Positions 50,750-64,000 are shown, counted from the stretch's first letter. The stretch: 64,000 nucleotides of DNA from Octopus bimaculoides (GCF_001194135.2 NC_068982.1:156640814-156704813); one strand, 5' to 3'. A program made the numbers and translations. The notes: generated by a model not told the origin, from the letters alone.

Positions 50750-51984
50750 GGTACGTATATATATGTATGTACACACGCGTACACACACATATATGAAGAA
50801 ATAGAATTATAGAATGAGAGTCAAAAACAAATACATATGTCCGTGCGTGTGCGTATCTGTGCGTACGTAGTAGTGTACGTGTATGTGTGTAGATGTGAGT
50901 GTGTGTGATTGCGCGTGGCAGCGTCGAATACGTGGTGTTATACCTCATGTGTTTTGTAGAAGACAGTTAGCGAAAACGTTTCAAAGGCAATTTGTGGCAA
51001 CTACTTAATATACCCTCCCGTTCCATAATAGCCACCCACTAAAACTATGAAAATTAAAAACAAAAACAAAAACAAAACAAAAACAAAAATAAAACCAAAT
51101 CATCCATCACTAACAATAACAAGAAAGAAATATATGGGATCACTAAAGGGGGTAGTAGTAAGTAAACGAGGGTTTTAACAGTTTGTTGTATTTTGCGGAG
51201 TGGCCCCGTTTGAACGATGAAACATGGCTGAATGGGTAGTCGTCGTTTGAAATCGTCAGTTGAAGGCGAATTGGCGAGTTAGCAAAGTATTCGTGCGAAG
51301 CTGGCCGGGTAGGGGCGGTTGTGAAAAGCGGGTGGGAGAAGAACAGGCTGGCCCTTATTTGTGTTTGTATTGTATTTTATTAAATGGTATATTATTGTTA
51401 TCTTTATATTTGTATATTTGTCTATTCAGATTTGTTTTTGTTGCTTTTATCTTGCATCGGGATTGGATGTCATTTGTGTGTGTGTGTGTGCGTGTTTTTA
51501 TGTACGTATGTATGAATGTATGTACACACACAAATATAAGCAAATATAATCATTCATATAATCATTGACACAAACTAGTGCACCCTTAAACGTGCACACA
51601 TACACTACACACATGCACTTACAAACACATGCATGCACACACACAGGCAAGTACGTACGTACATGCATCAACGCCATCAGAGAAATACAAACCTATATAC
51701 AGAGCCTGTTACATTACAGCTTCATCTATGCACACACACACACATACACACGATAACACACACAGATAAGCACATACAGATACAGACATAGGTAAAGACA
51801 CACACACACACTCCCATTCTGTTACATAGACACACGCACATACATCCTACACAAGAGAAACTTGTATACGGAGCCTCTTACACACACACACGCTCACAGA
51901 CAGATTTTCATATGCTCACTTGCACAAACCAAAGTGGTGCCCCAGTCAAATGACTGAAACAAGTAAAGGAATAAAGGAATACAT

Positions 51985-52099
51985 ACATAGTTCCGGGTTC
52001 AGTCCCACTGCGTGGCCCTTTGGGCAAGTGTCTTCTACAAAAGCCACTGGCCGACCAAAGCCATGTGAGTGGATTTGGTAGATGGAAACTGAAAGAAGC

Positions 52100-52148
<49 letters not shown>

Positions 52149-52480
52149 TTGTGTGTCTGTGTTTATCCCCATCGCTTGACACCGATATTGGTGTGTTTAC
52201 GTCCCCGTATCTTGGTGGTTCGGCAGAAGAGGCTGATAGAGTAAGTACTAGGCTTACAAAGAATAAGTCCTGGGGTCAATTTGTTTGACTACAGGCGATG
52301 CTCCAGCATGGCCGCAGTCAAATGACTGGTACAAGTAAAAAAAAACATACAAAAGAGACAGATAGAATAAGTATCAGGCTTAAAATAAAATAAGTACTGC
52401 GGTCGATTCAGTCGACTAAAAAAATTCAAGGCAGTGCCCCAGCATGGCCGCAGTCTAATGATTGAAATAGATAAAATATA
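51985..52480 (+). mobile_element. SINE family D, near full length, with internal (AT)n and duplicated 3' module
   Basis: gttccgggttcagtcccactgcgtgg...gggcaagtgtcttctac...(AT)n...catcgcttgaca.ccgat...gataga.taagta...ccagcatggccgcagtc.aatga; the last block occurs twice. Confidence 0.88.
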
Positions 52481-54149
52481 AAAGATACATGCAGTAACAC
52501 ACGAACATACACAGCTAGACGCACACGCAGCAGTAACACACGAACATACACACACACAGCTAATAACACACGAATAGATACTTATAACGTACACAACAAA
52601 CACGCACGTACGCACACACACACACAACACACACAGACACACACACATACACACACACACACACGCACAGCCATTCAGACAGTGAAGTGTCATACAAGAT
52701 TGGCTGTAAAAGTGTCTAGAACATGTAGTGGTGAAGTTATTATATATAACAATAGAAGTCATCATTATTTGCTAGACAGGAACATTGCTCTATCGTCAAT
52801 GTTTATGTTCGACTATTCAACAAACGAAACTCCTCTCACCCCAACTCCTTTTCATTCTCTCCTCTCCCGACCCTTGTCCTTCCTTTTCACACTCTAATTG
52901 TTGTACGAGCCAATGTTGTACGAGAACCATCGTTGTCGCACGACTTGCTAAAAGTAGATGACAACTCTCCCTCAAATCAAACCTAGCTAGTGTCTTTTAG
53001 AAAGGATGAACACATTAGATGTCTTTCGTATTACACTCCTATAAAAGACGAAGGTGCCATGACTAGGATGCCTATATAAAAGACCTGTTGGATAGCAGGG
53101 TTGACCAGGGGCTGAAATATGACTATTTCTGATCTCTCTTACTCTACCCCATCTCCATTTTTCTATATCAAGTTCTACTCGATCATACAAGGGAACGTCT
53201 TCGTGGCTGCTCGATCTAGCAGAAATAGATGCAAAAGCTAATGAAATCACAGCCCTTACTGTGTCCACCCCACAAAAAGCAAAAACGTAAGGACACATTT
53301 GATAACGTTGCTCCGAATGAGTTGTGGAGATCTGCTTCCTCTCGTCCTCACCGTGGCATAGCAGTTCAGCTATACTGCAGTTTCTTCCTTTGAGGTTTAT
53401 CATACAGTATACAAAATATCTTAGATGCAATCTTTGACCTACATTTGGTGCCTTGTATTGCACCATTCAGTGTTTTTTGGACATCCTCTTCTCTTTCATA
53501 ACACTTTTTTTAGGAAGGGATATGAATTAGACCTAGCCCTGATATTATGCATCCTGTACATCTCACAGCATTCAGTCTTCGATTGATAGCCTAGAGAGTT
53601 TTTCCCAGGACCTTGTAAAATCTATATTTTCCTGGGGGAAGTTCATGGCCAATATATGAATTTACGTGGCGGTGCTGGTGTTATTGTGGCTGTTACAGTA
53701 ATTGTTGTCGCTGCTGGTATTGCTGATGCTGCTTGTGTTACTGCTGCCGTTGTCGCTAACACCATTGCTAGTGTCAGATACATTGGCCATGTATCTTGTA
53801 TGAAAGGAGGTGTCACTTTTTGAAGACGCCAAGCTACTGTAAGCTTTGTCTTTTCGACGACAGCGTTGCTGCTTCTATCGCCAATATCGCTTGCATTACT
53901 ATTACTAATGACGGTAGTGTTGGGCTTGACAGTAAGAACGTCGCTGTCGCTGCAATACGTGGACAAATATCGTACTTTTTCTTCCTATTTCTCTGTTACA
54001 TGTTTAATGAAGGATAAGTGTTGACTTTGTACCTTCACATTTCTCTTCTGTTCGCTCTTCCTTCGCCGTTTTTGTTGTTTGAATAAACAAGAAACACCAG
54101 AGTAAGACACGCGCGCACGCGCACACACACATACACACACACACGAAAC

Positions 54150-54351
54150 ACTTAGTTTTAGAATGGTGGCAGCTGATGAAGGAAATGTTCTCTCTGTGTG
54201 TTTTCTGTGCTCTGTTTCTCATTTTGTCCACGTTTTTTTTTGTAACGTCCTGTACCCAGATATGCATCTATATATACATGTAAACGTAGGTATGTACATA
54301 CATGTACGTATATATATGCATATACTCACATTTTATTTGTATTATATATAT
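54150..54351 (+). mobile_element. Repeat family E copy
   Basis: ggtggcagctgatgaaggaaatgttctc...gtcctgtacccagatatgcatctatatatac...gcatatactca; runs into a gap. Confidence 0.75.
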
Positions 54352-55135
54352 NNNNNNNNNNNNNNNNNNNNNNNNNNNNNNNNNNNNNNNNNNNNNNNNN
54401 NNNNNNNNNNNNNNNNNNNNNNNNNNNNNNNNNNNNNNNNNNNNNNNNNNNNNNNNNNNNNNNNNNNNNNNNNNNNNNNNNNNNNNNNNNNNNNNNNNNN
54501 NNNNNNNNNNNNNNNNNNNNNNNNNNNNNNNNNNNNNNNNNNNNNNNNNNNNNNNNNNNNNNNNNNNNNNNNNNNNNNNNNNNNNNNNNNNNNNNNNNNN
54601 NNNNNNNNNNNNNNNNNNNNNNNNNNNNNNNNNNNNNNNNNNNNNNNNNNNNNNNNNNNNNNNNNNNNNNNNNNNNNNNNNNNNNNNNNNNNNNNNNNNN
54701 NNNNNNNNNNNNNNNNNNNNNNNNNNNNNNNNNNNNNNNNNNNNNNNNNNNNNNNNNNNNNNNNNNNNNNNNNNNNNNNNNNNNNNNNNNNNNNNNNNNN
54801 NNNNNNNNNNNNNNNNNNNNNNNNNNNNNNNNNNNNNNNNNNNNNNNNNNNNNNNNNNNNNNNNNNNNNNNNNNNNNNNNNNNNNNNNNNNNNNNNNNNN
54901 NNNNNNNNNNNNNNNNNNNNNNNNNNNNNNNNNNNNNNNNNNNNNNNNNNNNNNNNNNNNNNNNNNNNNNNNNNNNNNNNNNNNNNNNNNNNNNNNNNNN
55001 NNNNNNNNNNNNNNNNNNNNNNNNNNNNNNNNNNNNNNNNNNNNNNNNNNNNNNNNNNNNNNNNNNNNNNNNNNNNNNNNNNNNNNNNNNNNNNNNNNNN
55101 NNNNNNNNNNNNNNNNNNNNNNNNNNNNNNNNNNN

Positions 55136-55205
<70 letters not shown>

Positions 55206-55255
55206 TAATAATAATGATAATAATAATGATAATAATAATAATGATAGTGATGATT

Positions 55256-55710
55256 TCATTTATTTGCCACAAGGACGAAGGATGGCGCGTGGGACAATAC
55301 AAAGACGGACATAAAGTATGGGGGGTTTATATATAACGAAATGATTGAAAAAATGAATGAAAGAAAGTAGGTATACACTGAAAAAGAAGGGACATATGCA
55401 TAGCATACAAGGGTCTTAAAAAAAGTGGCAGGGAAGTTGATAGAGATGTCGCCCTCCTGATATAGGAAAGCTTCTGGGGATAATCGAGGAACCCAACTGT
55501 CTGAGATTTCCCTGAAATCCCAGGAGCAAGTACCCTCTCCAGTTCCTTCTCTTCGACTCACAGGTCTACACTTAGAGAGGTACCATCCACTCTTCCCATT
55601 TTCGCAACTTTCAAACACCTTTCAATAAACTCACTCGAGGACAGCACTTACTTCTCCACTCTCAATTTCCTTTTCAGGTGTAACTTGAAGAAGTCAATGA
55701 GAGCTCTACC
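55256..55710 (-). mobile_element. 3' end of an L1/Tx1-like LINE (ORF2 C-terminus plus 3' UTR)
   Basis: Minus strand GRALIDFFKLHLKRKLRVEK*VLSSSEFIERCLKVAKMGRV..L*, then a pyrimidine-rich UTR running towards the (AAT)n tract. Confidence 0.55.
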
Positions 55711-56762
55711 AAAGACGAATGGATCTGTCCTTATGCCTTTCAGCCTTGTCTACCAAACAACCTATTTCGCTACATTCACCAGGCAAAATAAGACTGATAA
55801 GTGTGGAAGTCTGAGTACATAACAAACTCGAGAGCCTAATGAAACCTTGCTAGTGTCAGTTAGGAATGAGGGAATTCTGAAAGAAGGGAAAAATGGAAAA
55901 TCAAAGGAAGAAGTACAAAAAGGACATGTAGAAGAATTACGCAACAAGGCGCTACACAATCAATTCCAAGTGGCCACAACAGAAGTTCCTGGAAAACATA
56001 AGTGAGATTGGCTGAAGAAAAGAACATTGAAAAAGAGATTGAGAGCACTATACTGACAGGGCAAGAACATGGTTTGGTCATGAACTGGAGGTTCAACCTT
56101 CGGAATGAGCAAGTGTCTCCATTGTGCCTCATCTGTAATAGAGTGGACGAAACCATTGCCCATATCGCGAATGAATGCCCTAGACTTGCCCCAAACCACT
56201 ACAAGTTGTAGCGACACGACCAGGTAGCGAAAGTGCTACATTGGAAACTGTCCGAAAAGTGGGGGCTAAAGAGCGAAGCAAGACGTGGTATGAGCACAAA
56301 TCACAGAGAGTAGCAGAGTCGGAGACTTGCAAAATCCTCTGAGATTTCTCAATCCAAACAAATCAGGTGCTAGAGCGTAACAGACTGGACTTAATGATGG
56401 TGGACAAAATGCACCACATATGCTATATAGTTGATGTTGCGTGCCCCTTTGACCCACGAATAGTCGAGAGAGAAGGCGAAAAATAGATAAATGCAACCCC
56501 CTGAAGTACAAAATAGTCCGGCTATAGAAAATGAAGAAGGTGAAGATAATAGCAATTATTGCTGAGACAGTATCAAAAGGCGTCAAGAGGAAGATAAAGG
56601 AAATCGGAATAAAGTGCCTCCTTGGCACCGCGAAAATAATCAGGAAAATATTAGGTAGTTGAAAAGAACAGATAGCATTGAACCGTAGGCTGCAGGCAGC
56701 AAGCTCACTGCGCATGCAAGACTCCGGGAGTTCCAACAAAACCTATGATATAATGAAATAAT
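55710..56762 (+). mobile_element. R4/Dong-like RLE LINE 3' portion (CCHC zinc knuckle plus endonuclease)
   Basis: ESTILTGQEH...CLICNRVDETIAHIANECPRLA..HY..RHDQVAKVLHW...WYEH...KIL*DFSIQT.QVLERNRLDL...IVDVACPFD...; 3' UTR and (ATA)n. Confidence 0.88.
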
Positions 56763-56955
56763 AATCCTTTCTACAGTAGGCACAAGGCCTGAAATTTTGC
56801 GGGAGAGGACAAGTCGATTACATCGACGCCAGTGTTTCACTGGTACTTAATTTATCGACTCCAAAATGATGAAAGGCAAAGTTGGCCTCAGCGGAATTTG
56901 AACTCAGAACGTGAAGTCGGACGATATGCCGCTAAATATTTTGCTCAGCGTATGT
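56763..56955 (-). mobile_element. SINE family A copy
   Basis: tttctacagtaggcacaaggcctgaaatttt...gtcgattacatcgac...gcggaatttgaactcagaac. Confidence 0.88.
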
Positions 56956-56984
56956 CGTCTAGAATTTATGAAAGTTCTCATGTT

Positions 56985-57450
56985 ACCATCTCTGTTTGCG
57001 ATTCTGATGAGGATAATGATGTTAGCCATACTGGTGAGCGTGACGATGATAATGATGACGATGTTAATGCTGACGACAGCCCCGCCGTCGACAACGATGA
57101 CAATGATGATGTTGACTACAATGGTGACGACGATGACGACAACGACGACGAAAATAATGATGATGATGATGACGACGATGAGGTGATATCAGCGACGACG
57201 AGTAGTAGTAGTAGTAGTGGCGATGGTAGTAGTAGTGGTAGTGGTGGTGGTAATGGTAGTAGTAGTGGTGGTAGTGGTGGTAGTGGTAGTGGTAGTAGTA
57301 GTAGCAGTGGTCGTGGTTGTGGCTGTGGTGGTGGTGGTGGTGGTGGTGGTGGCAGTAGTAGTAGTAATAGTGGTGGTTGCCGTAATGGGCACGGTGATGA
57401 ATATGATGATGATAACGTGAACGCTGTCTACGGCGCCGATGATGATTTTC
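56985..57450. repeat. Cryptic (GAT/GAC/AGT/GGT) trinucleotide low-complexity tract
   Basis: Read directly; explains the D/S/G-rich ORF 56832..57458. Confidence 0.9.
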
Positions 57451-58223
57451 AAAGTTGATAGGCGTCATTGAAGGTGAGAGATGTGGGACGAGACGCTGAA
57501 CGAAGTGAACAGACACAGACATATAGACACAACAACAACATCAGCAACAATAATAACTATTGTATATTCTGGCCGTAATTATCAAGTGTCATACATTCTT
57601 TTCATTTTGAATTTCGTTCTTTTTTCCAAACATTTAACTTGAGATACAGACGATAGACGTTGATTATCCCCCCCCACCCCTTNNNNNNNNNNNNNNNNNN
57701 NNNNNNNNNNNNNNNNNNNNNNNNNNNNNNNNNNNNNNNNNNNNNNNNNNNNNNNNNNNNNNNNNNNNNNNNNNNNNNNNNNNNNNNNNNNNNNNNNNNN
57801 NNNNNNNNNNNNNNNNNNNNNNNNNNNNNNNNNNNNNNNNNNNNNNNNNNNNNNNNNNNNNNNNNNNNNNNNNNNNNNNNNNNNNNNNNNNNNNNNNNNN
57901 NNNNNNNNNNNNNNNNNNNNNNNNNNNNNNNNNNNNNNNNNNNNNNNNNNNNNNNNNNNNNNNNNNNNNNNNNNNNNNNNNNNNNNNNNNNNNNNNNNNN
58001 NNNNNNNNNNNNNNNNNNNNNNNNNNNNNNNNNNNNNNNNNNNNNNNNNNNNNNNNNNNNNNNNNNNNNNNNNNNNNNNNNNNNNNNNNNNNNNNNNNNN
58101 NNNNNNNNNNNNNNNNNNNNNNNNNNNNNNNNNNNNNNNNNNNNNNNNNNNNNNNNNNNNNNNNNNNNNNNNNNNNNNNNNNNNNNNNNNNNNNNNNNNN
58201 NNNNNNNNNNNNNNNNNNNNNNN

Positions 58224-58281
<58 letters not shown>

Positions 58282-60508
58282 GGATTGTTGGTATCTTACT
58301 CAACCGCGTTCCACACATAGTAATCGATAGGAGTTAACATCGAAGGAATTAGGACGACAGAAATTTGGGCTCTTAAAATCGTAGAAATCCTACCACAGCC
58401 AATTCTTACTCTTTTCAGAGCTATGGCAAGGGGTCTAATTCTTCTGCTATATATATATGGCCTTCCAGCAGAAATCCTCTCTAGTCAAGATTAACCATAT
58501 TCCAACAGCTTCACTTTGCCGTTCAAGCAGTCGCAGCTCGTGTATAGGCACTGCGGAACTGCAATACTATTCCACTCGATATTATCGATAACATTAACTA
58601 TAATGAGTCCTTGTTTCTTTCTTTATTTCTTTCTTTCTTTCTTTCTTTCTTTATTTCTTTCTTTCTTTCTTTCTCTGTTTCTTTCTTTCTTTCTTTCTTT
58701 CTTTCTACTTCTACATTATATAATCCTTATGCTTAATGTCAGTAGCCATCTCTTATTTTATGAAAAAAATATAAAAATCCTTGTATAAAACTGTGAGCTT
58801 CACAGTTCCAGCGATGCGCTGTTTGGCTGTTGTGCACATGCTCCCATGTCCGAGATTGGAAGCTTCACGCTAGGGAGAGAGAGTATTGTCGTTCACGCAG
58901 TGTCGACCCTGGTGTGCTATAGAAAAGTAGTGTTTCTTTTTGACTCCGCGTGTGTTGTGCTTAAAAACGTGTGTTTATATTCTTGAATGTGATAAAATGT
59001 AGAATTAGATAATTATCCTGCTTCCAGCTACAGTGTTGCTGCTAGGATTTGAAAAATAGAGCAGATTTTTACCCCTTGTGTTTTGATTTAGTGGGCATTT
59101 TTGAAAAGCAAGGGGGAATTCGCGGCGGTGTTCAGTGAGCAAATTAAACACACTATACGGCAGTGGCTAAAATGCGAACCGATCAAGTTTATATATAAAT
59201 TTTCTTTTTCTATGTTTGTTTCCTTTTACACAATATTAAAACAACGGCTAAAAATTTTCTGAAGCATCAGCCCTACTAATTTTATCTACGAGCCGCCACT
59301 ACGTTCAAGGACCTGTTATATACATATATGTAGATATAACAGATTCAAAGTAACAGGACACCAAACATGTACTCTCATCATCAGCTGCTTTACAGATATT
59401 ATCATTCTTTCTACACCTGGGCTGCACAGTTCAATCCAGCGGTATGAGCAATATGATTTCTTTATTTTTTCACTGAAAAATAGATAAACTACAACTCAAT
59501 TCTCAAGTGTAGAGTATTCTTGAATACGACTGAAGCGGTCGCAATCCCTTTATATATAATTTATCGGGCCGTTCCAGTGATCTGTTTTGGTAATTCTCAA
59601 GCCAAAGCGTGTTGATATATATATATTTATATTTATATAAGGGCATTACTATACAATAACGCCTCACGCCATGAGGGACTCTAAGGTCAGACTACTATAA
59701 AAANNNNNNNNNNNNNNNNNNNNNNNNNNNNNNNNNNNNNNNNNNNNNNNNNNNNNNNNNNNNNNNNNNNNNNNNNNNNNNNNNNNNNNNNNNNNNNNNN
59801 NNNNNNNNNNNNNNNNNNNNNNNNNNNNNNNNNNNNNNNNNNNNNNNNNNNNNNNNNNNNNNNNNNNNNNNNNNNNNNNNNNNNNNNNNNNNNNNNNNNN
59901 NNNNNNNNNNNNNNNNNNNNNNNNNNNNNNNNNNNNNNNNNNTATGTATATATATGAACTTATTCAGCGTGTAATTATCGAAGACGGAAGCAAGAAGTTT
60001 ACAGTGAAAGGCTCAATACGTTGTAAATGTAGAGATTATTGATATTTATATAAGAATTTATAAAATTACACATACGTAATCTGTTAGATATGTAATGTAT
60101 GTCATTTGAGGTCACTTCAGATGAAGACAACATATATCCAAACTCTTCAAATCGGCGCTTCCCAGCCAGAGTTTTCAAAGCTAGTCCTGTGTTCAAAAAG
60201 CTTCACTATGAAATGTATAACTTCTCAGTTACATGTTTTTATTCGGTTACACATATATTCTAGTTGACAGATGAAAGGTGATAACGAATTTGTTGTTAGG
60301 TAATAATATCGGCAAGCTGTGTAGAGAGACCTTTCAAAAGTAAGGGTCTCGTAGGCAAATGAATGTGAATACAAAGGAACCATGATCGTGAAATATGTGG
60401 AAAGGATGAAAGGCTAAGCCGACCTCGGTGGATGTTGAGTAATAATAAAAAATCAGTTTAGCATTATCCTGGAGAATCACTCAATGCTTTTTTGAGAGTA
60501 AATATCTG

Positions 60509-61785
60509 TCAGGTTGAGTAAAAAGTAAGCAACGTTTTGAACCATGAAGAATTTGTACCAGATTTTTGCAGTGTTTTGAATTTTTAAAATATTTTTTGCA
60601 ATTGTCTGATAACACAGACATAGACTTGATCAAATGCATTAATAAATTAGCATTGGTATTTTTTCACCGTTGTTACAATCATCTGAAATGGAACTGTCAA
60701 AGCGCGATATTCGAGTAATTTTGCTATTCAACTTCAAAAACGGACGTAAAGCAGCTGAAACTTGGTGATATCGACGAAACGTTTGGTGAGGAAATGACTA
60801 GTGAGAGGTCACCTCGAAGATGATTTCAACGATTTCGCAGTGGAGACCTGAGCCTTGAAAATTGTGAGCGTAGTGGACGCCCATCTGTTATGGATGATGG
60901 GCAATTAAAGACCGTAATTGAGAAAGATCACCGTAAAACCACTCGAGATCTGGCGAAAGAGCTTCAAGTTAGCCAGAGAAGTATCTGCAACCATTTGCAT
61001 GCGATCAGAATATCAAAACAGCTCGATAAATGGGTACCACACGATTTAAATGAAAATCAAAAAATGCGCAGATATGAAATTTACTCGTCGCTTCTTCTTC
61101 GTAACCAGATCAGTCTTTTACTCGACCGTGTTGTAACATGCAATAAAAAGTGGATTCTGTACAATAATAAAAAAAATTCTCTTCGCAGTGGTTGGACCAA
61201 AATGAAGCACTGAAAACCTTCCCTAAACCCGACTCTTCAAAAAGAAGATTATGGTAACTGTTTGGTGGTGTACTGCTGTAGTCATTCACTATAACTTCTT
61301 AAAACGCGGAAAAACCATTACTGCAGAAAAATATTGCCATGAAATTACCAAAATGAACGAAGAACTACTACTCCTCCGTCTCAGACTGGTTAAAAGAAGA
61401 CGGCCAATCATTCTTCATGACAATGCTCGACCACACGTTTCACTAATGACTCTTCAGAAGTTGAGGGAACTTAGCCACGAAATTCTTCTCCATCCAGCTT
61501 ATTCCCCAGATCTTTCTCCTACCAACTACCACGTTTTCAAGCACCTTGATGGTTTCCTGCGAGAGAAGGCGTTCAAAAATCAAACCGATGCTGAAAGTGC
61601 GTTCAAAAAGTTCATCAGCTCCAGAACTTCAGATTTTATGTTACTGGAATAAACAAACTTGTAATTTTTCGGCAAAAATGTGTTGATCGTAATGGTACTC
61701 TGATGAATAAAATTTCCGCATTGTTGAAATATATTGTGATGAATTTCATGGTTCAAAACGCTGCTTACATTTTTACTCAGTCTGA
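60509..61785 (+). mobile_element. Near full-length mariner (DD34D, Hsmar1/cecropia-like) element, inactivated
   Basis: About 35-40 bp TIRs (tcaggttgagtaaaaagtaagcaacgttttgaaccatgaa / ttcatggttcaaaacgctgcttacatttttactcagtctga|TA). Transposase from ATG 60688 has SGRP, WVPHDL, HDNARPH and YSPDLSP; frameshifts and stops. Confidence 0.93.
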
Positions 61786-61891
61786 TATATCTATTATACT
61801 TTTAATACTTTTACAGATGACAGAAGTTTGCAGACTGAAACTTCGAAGTCATTGTAACCCTTATTCGTGTAAAAATATAATATATAAAGAA

Positions 61892-61894
<3 letters not shown>

Positions 61895-61989
<95 letters not shown>

Positions 61990-62057
61990 ACACACATACA
62001 GACAGACACACACACACATCTATACACAAACAGACAGACACATACACACACACACAC

Positions 62058-62096
<39 letters not shown>

Positions 62097-62145
62097 CACA
62101 TCTATACACAAACAGACAGACACACACATACACACACACGCACAC
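61895..62145. repeat. (CA)n-(CAGA)n microsatellite
   Basis: Read directly. Confidence 0.95.
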
Positions 62146-62279
62146 ATTTATATATACTGGATTGCTTGTGAAAGATGACTTTTTACCCCAACAATTGCCA
62201 CTAGTGCTGCAGAAAACTCTCTTGTTAAACGTAATGCAGAATCAAAATATCCTATACAGACCTATTTTTGTCTTTAGAC

Positions 62280-62520
62280 AAACAAGAAAACGACTGCCTT
62301 TCTTACATGAAAGGTTGACTTGTTTTGTTTTATGCAGCAATGATCTGAAATCAACTTGCTTGGTTCATGCAACTAGCTTCAGACAGACAAATGTAACTGC
62401 AAGTTGAGCATACTTCCAGTATCTATAGTATTTCCCTTTCTTGCGACCAATTTCAATTTTGTCTTTTAACGCAAATCTCTTCAAATTGCTTGGGCACATT
62501 GAATATGTTCCCCCCTACGA
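62280..62520 (-). mobile_element. Possible pogo/Tigger-type N-terminal HTH fragment
   Basis: Minus strand KRFALKDKIEI...AQLAVTF...TKQV resembles RKxLTLKEKIEI...RQLAxxF...xTQV; short and degenerate. Confidence 0.3.
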
Positions 62521-63649
62521 TGCTGCCTTCAATTGCAGCCTTCTCTCTGCTTTCCATATGCTTCTTACTTTTCTTTAGATGTTATTTAACGTATTTTCCC
62601 CACTTCTGCTACAGCGCAAAAGAGCTTCTAAGCTTATAACATTCACTAACTCCCAAACTTTAATATCAGTTACAAAGTGTCTTCCTATCTCTAAGTCATG
62701 TGCAAAATTTATCGAAGACACTTTCGCTGAGAGCAATACAGTTATTTAACGTATTTTAATTATAATGTCTAAGTTTTACAGCCTTAGACGCAACAGATAA
62801 AATGCCGGTTTTGCGAGCAGATATGTTGGTATAAGTTTGGAAAGAGATGCTTTAGTATAATTAACCCTTTAGGCTAAATATCTACTAGTTTATCGTTCAT
62901 AAAATGAGGCATACATATCTAGATACTTATGTATACAACATAATTGTCGTACACTATCACTAAATCTCAGGCAAATATATATATGCGCATGTGCAAAATG
63001 CATATCTACAATGATACACTGAAACATGTATATGACTACTCGCACATAACACACACTTTAAACACACAAAATATGAATATATATAAATACCTGTATACGC
63101 GAACACTTTCTCACACATCCACAAATAAACAAATACACACACACACGCACACAAACACATACACACACATACACACACGTGCACATGAACTATCACACAT
63201 ATTCAACAACACCCTCTATCAGGGACCTTATCAAACTTCCGATATCCAAGCAATAATGTTACTCCATCCTCATCAAAAGTGTTTCGAATTAATCTGAAGC
63301 GGCACTTTTATGGATGGGTGTGGGTTAATTAGTGAATCGATCACTAATTAACAGTGTTTACAGGTAAATTGATCAGACTTCCACGATTAATTATCGAACA
63401 GCCATTTATTGTTGGCTAGGGATTATTTAAATTATTTTTCTTAATATATTTTTAACAGGAAGATTAAAATTTTTCTAAGTGTTTTACATTGACTAGAATA
63501 AGGTCTATGTTATTTTTAGTTTTGCTTCGTTTAAATGTTCTATCTTTGTTGTAGTTGTTGTTGGTCTTATTGCTGCTGTGATCCATCCTGTTTTAATTGT
63601 TGTATTTCATCATCGTGTTGTTACTGTTTGAAATATCTATCTATCTATC

Positions 63650-63680
<31 letters not shown>

Positions 63681-63879
63681 CTATCTATCTGTCTATCTAA
63701 CTGTCTGTCTGTCTTTACCTAACTCTCCCTCTCTTTCCATACACATCCTATACATTTGTGTATGTGTGGTGTTCGTGCGCGCTCGCGTTGTGTATAAGGA
63801 TTTTGTCCTTCACCGTGATTATTCTGCCATTGCACCACTTTAAAATAGACAGATAAATAGATAAATTTATTTATTAATT

Positions 63880-64000
63880 TCTAATTAAGTCACACGTTCG
63901 AAAATTTTGAGGGAGAGAATTAATCAATTAGACAGACGCCAGCATTTTTCTGGTATTAGTTTGTCGAGGCCAGAAAATGAAAGGGAAAGAAACAGCGAAA
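63880..64000 (-). mobile_element. SINE family A fragment (window edge)
   Basis: aaaattttgagggagag...gccagcatttttctggtatt...gtcgaggccagaaaatgaaagg. Confidence 0.6.

Noticed and set aside
52987-53466. 159-aa apparently complex minus-strand ORF
   Set aside because: It overlaps two family B repeat fragments on the plus strand, and no protein motif was recognised.
56832-57458. 208-aa D/S/G-rich ORF resembling biomineralisation or glycine-rich proteins
   Set aside because: It starts inside a SINE A copy and continues through degenerate trinucleotide repeats.

Overview
AT-rich, microsatellite-saturated eukaryotic DNA with 19 N-gaps totalling about 8 kb. The repeat families and compound (AT/GT/GATA/AAT)n tracts look like an Octopus (coleoid cephalopod) genome; that assignment is pattern recognition, not a database result. 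No intact protein-coding gene, rRNA, tRNA gene or CRISPR array is supportable, and nearly all listed ORFs are microsatellite or gap read-throughs. The window is a transposon graveyard. DNA elements: DD37D (maT-type), Tc1 and mariner remnants, hAT-type MITEs and two long foldback elements. Retroelements: R4/Dong-type and L1/Tx1-type LINE ends, a Penelope-like RT remnant and many copies of at least four SINE-like families. The best leads are (1) minimal hammerhead-ribozyme motifs, one almost canonical at 21911-21950 (-) in a dispersed repeat and a degenerate one just downstream of the Penelope-like RT; (2) two tandem-duplicated 39-nt candidate microexons (8361-8399, 10063-10101) whose differences spare an LRR-like FxxIxxLxxLxL pattern; (3) a decayed Cys-rich ORF resembling the Kolobok KolX / P2X7-ballast-type domain; (4) a chimeric maT element carrying a captured mariner 5' fragment.
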